From NCBI GenBank assembly GCA_044892505.1, contig CM097882.1, forward strand, positions 384,090,001 to 384,154,000: a stretch of DNA of 64,000 nt, given 5' to 3'. Source of the stretch: Schmidtea nova. Taxonomy: Eukaryota. Below the pieces are notes generated by a model. The model made no database searches, was not told where the DNA came from, and saw nothing but the letters and a program-made list of their open reading frames with translations. Shown here in pieces: positions 55,869 through 64,000 of this stretch (within the stretch, counting starts at the first letter, position 1; every line of letters begins with the position of its first letter). The position numbers and the translations under genes are program-made.

Positions 55869-57510
55869 TATTACAGGAAATTCATTCAAGATCATACCAA
55901 ACATGCAAAGGTCTTAGAAGGTCTTTGTGGAAGCAATCAAAAAAACTAATATGGACAGAAGATTGTGAAAAAAGTTTTAAAAATTTAAAAGATAAGCTGG
56001 GTACAATGGCAGTACTGGCATATCCAGTTTTCCAAAAGACATTTATATTGGATACAGATGCAAGTTTTGATATAATTGGAGCTGTCCTCTTCCAAAATCA
56101 AGAAAATGGTAAAGAAAAAGTAATAGCGTATGGTTCACATGCAATGAGTAAACATGAAATTGGATATTGTATAACGAGGAAAGAATTGCTTGCCATTTAT
56201 TATTTTACGAATCATTTTTAACAATATTTATATGGTAAACTATTTACATTAAGAACAGATCACAAAGCAATAACGTTCATGATGAAAACCAAGAAACCAT
56301 TAACCCCACAATTCCAAACGTGGATAAATTATTTAAGCAGTCTGGATATCGATTAACAGTAAAGAAAAGGAGATATTGACACAAATGCGGATGCCAATGT
56401 CAAGAAGTGAATGTACAACATACATACAATGCCAAATGATACATGCTGCTCCAAAAATAGGGAAACTTAAGACGAGAATATTTTCGATGTTGGTCAAGGA
56501 CAGTGAAAACGTATGGCAAAACCAGCCAATCGAGATAACAGATAAACTAAATAGAAAAATAAGTAAAATCGGGAATTTCATATTTTGCATGAAAAATGGA
56601 ACTTTGAAAACTGATAATGATAAAATATGGATACCAGAAAACAAAAGAGAAGAATTTATTTTGAATTATCACAAAAGGTTATGTCATGCGGGATATAATA
56701 AAGTAATGAAATACATAGAAAACAACTTTGCGATGAAAGATATGTCAAATATAATAAGAGAGGTAAATCAAAGCTGTGAAAGTTGTCAAAGGAGGAAAGT
56801 TGTTACTGAGAGAACTAAGAAAGACATAAAAACCCCAGAGAAAGTTGAATTATTTGAGACAATCTTTAAAGACTATTGTGGACCTTTCGGAAATAATATA
56901 TACAACAAGAAATATATATTAGTAATAATTGATCAATATGGCAAATATGTTTCATTACATGCCAATAATTCTCAATAGGAAAAAATAACAGCATCAATAT
57001 TAAATAAATGGATATTAAAGTATGGAGCACCTAGAATAATCAATGCAGACAGAGGCAAATCTTTTGAAAGTTCAATGATAAAAGAATTGTGTCAAAAATG
57101 TAAATCAAGGATGAATTTTTCAAGTCCATATCATCATGCTGCAAATGGACAGATTGAACGTCAGTTCAGGACGATGCGTGATGCACTTCACATAACTTTA
57201 AAAGATAAATTACATAAAAATTGGGTAGAAGTACTCCCAGAGGTGGAATTCGTGTTAAATTCGACGTTTCAAAAAACGATTAGTAAAACACCTGCTGAGA
57301 TGAGTTTCGGTAAAAAGATAATGTTAGAATGGAGCTGTGTGGATTCAACAAAAAGAATAAAAGAAAACCATACAAATATCAGAAGGTTTAATATAGTAGA
57401 TATAGTACTAATAAAAAAAGTATATTCGAAATAAAGATGACGATATATACAGAGGTCCGGGTGAAATTATTAATCAAAGACACGATAGAAGAATTGAAGT
57501 AAAAATGTAA
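55869..57510 (+). pseudogene. Gypsy element B RNase H / integrase relic
   Basis: LDTDASFDIIGAVL, LRTDHKAI, HKRLCHAG..CESC, FSSPYHHAANGQIER and GPG. Confidence 0.9.
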
Positions 57511-57555
57511 AATGGGAAAAACGAAATTCGAAACATCGAATGGCTAAAAATTCTT

Positions 57556-57950
57556 AAAAAGAGGGGAATGTGAGATGTTTAAAAATACTCTAAAGATTTT
57601 TATAAAATTATTTTAATAAAAAAGTATTTTGCAAAGAAAAAATCTCATTTAAAATAAAAATAATTATCAAGTAAAGACTTTAATAATTAGAATATTTAAA
57701 ATCAAATTTAAAATTTACAATAAAAAGTTTTATTAAAGTTTTTATTAAATATATAGGTTTATTAAAATATAGCTGAAATTAATTAAAAATCGTATGTTGA
57801 ATATATGTATGAATGTTCCGTATTAGAATTCTGTCAAGAAAAATTACATATTTATTTGAATCTCCTAACATTGTTTAAATAATTTTGGTAAAAATACAGT
57901 TTTCGAAATTTTGTTAATTTAATCATTAATTTAATGATCGATGAGATTAA
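57556..57950 (+). mobile_element. PPT (57556-57568) and start of the 3' LTR of element B
   Basis: AAAAAGAGGGGAA|TGTGAG. The right end is uncertain and no matching 5' LTR was found in the window. Confidence 0.6.
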
Positions 57951-58026
57951 CACCCGAAGTTCGGGGAAAGAAGAAACTTACAGCTATCACAGATTCGAGG
58001 TCGAATCTAAATTAAATGGAGAGGTA

Positions 58027-58922
58027 TGTTGGGGTTTAATAAAATTAGTCAAATACAAAAACAAAAAGCAATAAAACTTAGTAAAAATCAATAAAAAATA
58101 TTAAAATTGTAAAAGTAATAATTAAATCATGAAAATTAATTAAAAATTAAGAAAATTTAAAAATAAAGATTTTGCAAGGGAAATTGGTATGGGTGTATGC
58201 CGAATTGTGAGACAAATCCAAAAATGGTAAATTAAAATCTATGGGGGGTCCCCAGAAGAAAATAATTAAAAATACTAAATTAATTTATTGGCTAATGGGA
58301 AACCCAAGCTAATGGGCAACCCGAGCCAATGGGGAACCCGAGTAGTGCGGGAAATCCGGACGAGATAATTAGTCCTGAGAAAATTGATGTAAAAAAAACC
58401 CAAGAATCATAATTAACGAAGGTATAATCGATGTCCTGTTTTTTAAAGTAATTAGTTAAGAACTAGTGGGAAACACCGCAGAACAGTCTTCTGGGGAAAG
58501 CTCATTAAAAACGAGCAGTATATAAAAATACAAAAATCCCAGAAGTTGCCAAAGTGGTCGAACAAAAACGGTGAGCAAAAATTAATAAAAGAACAGTTAA
58601 CCGAATAATAAAAGAAAAGTAGACGAAGTGAAGAAAAAAGTTGAGAGAGCTAAAAGGGTAAGTTAAAGTTAAATATATTCTTCTCGCGTACCGGAAGGGG
58701 AGATCTTCCATTGGGAGACTTATACCCACGCAAAATCGAAAAACAGTTCAAAGTTATTGTAAATCTTTACAAAGATTTGCTGTTGTCAGAAATTATATCG
58801 AAAAATTGTATTAACTGTAATTTCAAATAAATATTTTTCTGTTTGGTTATTTTTGTGAATCAATCATAAGAACACCAAGAAGTCAAATAAATAGTACCGA
58901 CTTAATTAATGAATACTAAACA
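58027..58922 (+). mobile_element. LTR (same family as 1175-1998), probably a 3' LTR
   Basis: TGTTGGGG start after purine-rich GGAGAGG; collinear with 59130-60003; no TSD. Confidence 0.7.
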
Positions 58923-59129
58923 AATGTTTTTATCATTTAGCTTGATAAATTTTAATTAATTTTTTCACTTTAATTTATTTTGATATTTTTTTGTATTTAA
59001 CATTATTTTCCTTGCTTTTATGATTTTAATATCAACCCGAACTATACTATCCAAAATATTTTTGGAGCAACAGGAGAAGGACATTAGGTCTCGAGAACTA
59101 CGAGAAAATTGATGTGCACTTGAATAAAA

Positions 59130-60003
59130 TGTTGGGGTTAGGCAGAAGCGACTCAAAAGTAAAGTGAAAATTTTAAAAAATTAAGTAGAAATTAATAAAA
59201 ACACAAAAAACTACAAATTAATTAAAATACAAAAACTTTAATTAAAAAATTAAGAAAATTGAAAATCAACATATGGTGGGGGAAATCGGTATGGGTGTAT
59301 GCCGATTGATGAGACGAATTCAAATATATAAAAATAAAATCGATGACGGGTCCCAGAAAGAAATAATTAAAACAATTTAAATATTAATTAAGAATTAATT
59401 GGCTAATGGAAAGCCCAAGCTAACGTAAAGCCCCAGCCAATAGAGAACCCGAGTGATGAGGAAAACCCGAGCCAATGGAGAACACGAGCGATGAGGAGAA
59501 CCTGAGGTGACAAGTTAATTGCCTTGAAAATTAATGTTCCCGGCAGAAGGCAAATGACAATTAGCATCGAAATTGCCTCAAAATGTAAATTAGAATTTCA
59601 AGATTAAAAATTGACGGTTTAATGGCCTTTAACTGGCAATTTACTATTCGAACGAAATAAAACAAATAAATCAACTCTCAAAATTTTATATAAAAAGAGA
59701 GGCAGAATCAGAAAAAGCGCCATATACGGTCGAAGCGTGAAAAGTAAAAAGAACGACTAGATCAGTGAGGTTCTAATTTAAATTCATTTGTTAGTACGCG
59801 TACCAGAAAGGGACATCTGCCGTTGGGAAATATATCCCTGCACCTTTGCGAAAAGACTAAAAAGCAGTTAAATAATTTGTAAAGAAAATTGTGTATAAGA
59901 TTGATTATTAATAAAAGTTACTGTGTTGGGTCTTGTTCATTGATTTTAATAAGAACACTGAGGAGTCAGATAAACACCGACTTAACCAAATAATTTCCCA
60001 ACA
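59130..60003 (+). mobile_element. Solo LTR (874 bp) with AAAA TSD, inserted in a Gypsy pol
   Basis: TGTTGGG...CCCAACA inverted termini with AAAA on both sides; the flanks rejoin as the RH-IN linker. Confidence 0.85.
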
Positions 60004-61100
60004 AAAAGAATTTTTTTCCATTTAACGTAAAAAATACACGAATTGATGGACTATTATTAAAAGTATTAAAAAATAACAAAAATATTTCAATGTTAGTTCC
60101 AGAAACCTTTGCAGGCCTATTACCAACAACCTTACATGAAGAACTATATCAAATTAGAGTTAAGAAACTATTAAATTATATGGAAAAGATTTTTAATGGC
60201 CGAAGATGCAAGAAACAATTCAGATCTGTTAACGGTGTTGTGATATCTGTTCTAAGAGAACGATCGATCAGACAAGAATCAAGGAAATATTTATCCCTAG
60301 ATGTAGCTCTGAATTCCTAGAACAGATTGTTATGGATGTGGCCTACATGGAGAAAACACCTTAAAAATATGTGGTAGTAATGGTGGACCAATTTAGTAAA
60401 TAAATTTCTTTGACCGCAATCACAAAGAAGGACGAAGGAAAAATTTTCAAGACAATACTTAATAGTTGGATTTATCGATTCGGAAAACCAAAGAGCTTTT
60501 TAACAGATAGAGACCTCAATTTCGAAGGGAATTTTCTGAGACAGAGACTACAGAAACTTGGAATCCAATATGAATTCAGCTCACCTTACCAGCACAGATC
60601 AAATGGATTAGTCAAACAAGCCATACGAACAAGAAGACATATTATTACAGCGACATTGGCAGGTGGGTGTGAATAGAGAAACTGGCATGAAATTCTATCT
60701 AGAATAGAATTAAGTTTAAATAACAGCTGAAAAAGTGCTACAGGCTTATCATCTTTTGAGATAATTTATGAAGGAGTGTTAACCAATGTTCAAACCTGAA
60801 ACAATCTGAGATATGAAGAAACGAATGGATGGAAGACGCGAGATATACCTCAAGTAAAGCCGCAGACACTTTAAGAACTATGGATAAGACAAAGAAAAAC
60901 ACTCGTGTTTTTTGAAGGGGGATACTCATACGCAAAGAACCACAGAACAGACACAAGGGTGGTATGAACCACGATGCCTTATATAAAATCGTCAGATTTC
61001 CATCCACTCATCGAGTCGAACTACATTCGCAAGAAGGAACCAAAGAAAGAAAAATAGAGTTGTTAAAGAAGTTGAGAAATTCTTAAGAAGGGAAGAGTTG
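60004..61100 (+). pseudogene. Gypsy integrase relic with PPT-like end
   Basis: WIYRFGKPKSFLTDRD...FSSPYQHRSNGLV; AGAAGGGAAGAG at ~61087. Confidence 0.85.
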
Positions 61101-61515
61101 AATATTTAAATTAACTTGTGTTTATATATGTGATAGTATGGCACTTTTTATTAAAATTTTAATTCAATAAATTTATGTCTGAGTTGAAGACCTTTCAAAC
61201 CGAGTTGGATTTAACTTTTGTAAAAAACAAAAAAATAAAAATATCAACTATTTTATATTTAGCAGTTTTTCAAATTAAAATTTCTCAATAAATTAAAGTA
61301 TTATATTAATTTGATTTTAAATTATAAATTTTATTCAACTAGATTCTTAATCTTTGTTTAAATAAATTTACAAATTGAAAACTTTGAAATTCTGAAATTT
61401 TATATTTAAATAATTATTGAATAAATCAACAAGTATTATAATTTAATAATAGTCGTTAAGTCCTATTAAATAAAAAATTTATCTTTTTATATTTAATTAA
61501 TATTTTTCATTAAAA

Positions 61516-62120
61516 ATGGATGATATAATAAAGTTGACAAAATCCGATGTCTCGTTTCTCAATTTTATATCGAATGGAAAAATTTTAACGAAAAGTGTAT
61601 CATTTTCCGAAGATGGATATTTAGTTATTCATCATGGGAATTCAATTTTTATTGGGGTTATTCTATATAAACATTTGAGTTTGTAATTGAAATTCATTAA
61701 GACAATTGCATTTAAACCAGATAATCAAAATCGAAAATATGTTTTAAATCAAGAAAAGGTGGAAATAAAATTTAATTCGAAATATCATTTGTGCATTAAA
61801 GACTGCAACTTTAAAAACGCGATAAATGAAACTAAATTTTCAGGTAATCAACAATTTGAATTCGTTTAATCATTAACAGTTCTTTCAGATGAGAAAGTCT
61901 ATCAGTTAATCCTATCGGATAATTATAAATTTTATCAAAATAACGATAGTCATGATTTTATCCGTATAGACTGGGGCCCTCTCGATACTCTTGTTTCTAA
62001 GTATTATAACTTATTATATAATATCTATTTAATTAGCGAAGGAGTTATTTAGCATTAATGAACTTCGATGGTAGAATAATTATAATAGGTCAAAATAGAT
62101 GGAAAAATATATGGGAAAAG
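61516..62120 (+). CDS. Possible 5' exons of a GTF3C4/TFIIIC90-like beta-propeller gene (short introns at ~61657-61701, ~61845-61889 and ~62001-62041)
   Basis: Removing 41-45-nt GT-AG introns gives SVSFSEDGYLVIH...FIRIDWGPLDTLVSKSYLALMNFDGRIIII, resembling from memory the GTF3C4 WSED and WSP....LAAL..D.RL motifs. Downstream exons were not resolved. Confidence 0.45.
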
Positions 62121-62930
62121 GTAATTGGTTATTTTTTTTAATGAAATGTATTTATAACAAAATATAAATAAAATGTTAGATAAATAAAAGAATAATAAAA
62201 AGGTGTATGATATAATTCAATTACAATGACGAGGAAGGATAAATTTAATAAATGATTCTTTGAAATTATTGTAAAACTTGGGTTGAATATAGTAGAGTCA
62301 AGTATAAAATATCATAATTTTTATATACGTTAAAAATAATTTATAATTGACTATCGCCCGAAAGAGAATATTTGAAGTTAGAATTATTTTTAGGAACATG
62401 AGGTTTATTCCAATGTTCAATTATCTTATTGTGCAAGGATAAATACGCTGTTAAACGTGCTAATACTGTTAAAATCCATTATAGACCTACATATATTTAT
62501 CTTTAAATACGCCCTTGCTGTGAATTCCTCATTTTACCCAAAATTTGACCTCCCGGATATCTTTAATTATTTAGTGTTATTTAGCATTGATGTATTTCGA
62601 TGGTAGGATAATCATAATGAGACAGAATATATGAGAATTTAATCAATTCATAAAAGATAGAAATTTATTTATTAATATATATTAATCAGAAATGTTTTTA
62701 GTAAATTATTTTAAATTTTGTAATGGTGATAAAATATGCAATTATATAATGACAGTTATGAATATGACAATCCACACAACATCGTTGATATAATTCTTAA
62801 TATTTGGCTCGGATTTAAATAATCGGAGATACTCAAAAATTTACGTATCATTTAAAATGACCAAAAAATCATAAAAAATCAACATTTAAAATTAATGACT
62901 TCAAAAATTAAAAAAATGATATAAAATTGT

Positions 62931-62968
<38 letters not shown>
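62931..62968. repeat. (TA)n microsatellite
   Basis: Direct reading. Confidence 0.95.
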
Positions 62969-62971
<3 letters not shown>

Positions 62972-63640
62972 TGTGTTTTGTCGATATCGAAATCTGACTC
63001 TTCGTACGCTTTATTTAAATTGAACAAAGGCAATATCCAGCACAGTTAAATTTATTGAAATCTGAATCAACACTTTGGCTTACAGTATCAGTCAATAACA
63101 CTTTCAAATTTAATTGCACTCATTTAGATAAAGTAAGGATCCAAAGCGGGACCGTCTTCACGATTATTTTAAAATAATTTGACTTTACATTGCTTCTTTC
63201 GTTCTTGCTCACTATTTTCTATTGCCTTGTTTTATTTTTCAATTTCTTCAACCATTGAATTGTCACTTGTTTTATAAGTAACAGGTAATTCAATTACCAG
63301 TCCATTAAGCCAAATCAAAGAAACCGGACCGCTCAAACTCAAAACTTCATAATTCGATTATTTTTTTGTACGCTCCCTCCGGTATCTCGTCTATGAAATT
63401 CAGGGACTCTGCTTCCTAAATAAAATTATTAAACAAAATTATTAAACTAAAAATTAGGCTCTTATCCCAAGAAAACTGCTAGTTTATTTGATTGTTCTAC
63501 CAAATTTCAATTAATTTGTATTATTTGATTAACTTTGTTTAGGGACACCCATCGATTATATATATATATAATGATAAGACTAGGAATTATTGATATTAAT
63601 ATTAAAAAAAGATCCAAAAGGAAACCAAAAGATAATTATG

Positions 63641-63643
<3 letters not shown>

Positions 63644-63706
<63 letters not shown>
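63644..63706. repeat. (TA)n microsatellite
   Basis: Direct reading. Confidence 0.95.
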
Positions 63707-63707
<1 letters not shown>

Positions 63708-63741
63708 CGTGTCACCAATTAAACTATTTAAGGTTTTTCAT

Positions 63742-64000
63742 CTGATAGAATAACCTTTGCACTAGATAGTGTTAATATTTCCTTTATTAGTGTTTTTTGG
63801 TAATTGTAATAATTTATATATTCCTTAGATGAATTTTAATACAAAATAAAAGTATAAGTGACCAAAAGACAAAGTATAAGGTGCATACATTTATTTTGCA
63901 TTAAAATTCATCTAAAAAATAATTATAAAGTTATCACAATTACCAAAAAACACTAATAAATGAAAAATAACACTATCTAATACTAAGGTCATACTATCAA
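63742..64000. mobile_element. MITE-like foldback (~90-110-bp imperfect inverted arms)
   Basis: TAGATAGTGTTAAT...TTTATTAGTGTTTTTTGGTAATTGT...TTAGATGAATTTTAAT is mirrored at ~63890-63979; it runs to the window edge. Confidence 0.75.

Noticed and set aside
58290-58370. Short GC-rich direct repeats (GGAAACCCGAGC-like; also 59405-59500 and 1690-1725) as a CRISPR-like array
   Set aside because: Units are degenerate, have no unique spacers, lie inside LTR U3 regions and the DNA is eukaryotic; they are LTR enhancer-type repeats.

Overview
AT-rich eukaryotic (animal) genomic DNA with one 161-nt N gap and 47-57-nt host introns; this fits a flatworm-like genome but the organism cannot be proven. One host gene is clear: UNC119 (minus strand, 5 exons, 7871-16969, with an 8.3-kb intron 3). 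A possible GTF3C4-like gene starts at 61516. Almost everything else is nested mobile DNA. The main element is a recently inserted 15.1-kb Ty3/Gypsy LTR element (35889-50999; near-identical LTRs, tRNA-Trp PBS, 4-bp TSD). It sits inside a pogo transposon, which itself sits inside an older Gypsy element. Its reconstructed ~3,420-aa polyprotein reads Gag (4 CCHC) - tandem repeats - ubiquitin-like modules - internal signal peptide - chuvirus/herpes-gB-type glycoprotein - TM - protease - RT - RNase H - integrase - a second signal peptide + TM protein. A separate, probably spliced ORF follows, resembling catalytically degenerate AlkB and ISG20/REX4 domains. Two diverged ~3-kb TG...CA elements with 4-bp TSDs (2290-5515, 52928-55864) look like giant solo LTRs. 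Each carries a promoter, a splice donor, a conserved hairpin and two acceptor-led ORFs, one with an invariant Arg-rich motif under clear purifying selection (hypothesis: a Rev/RRE-like module). A related TGTTGGGC-terminated family carries a cassette of acceptor-led coiled-coil and membrane-protein ORFs (24897-28245). hAT, Merlin, mariner and Tc1 relics, solo LTRs and microsatellites fill the rest. All domain calls were made by eye from motifs; no searches were run.
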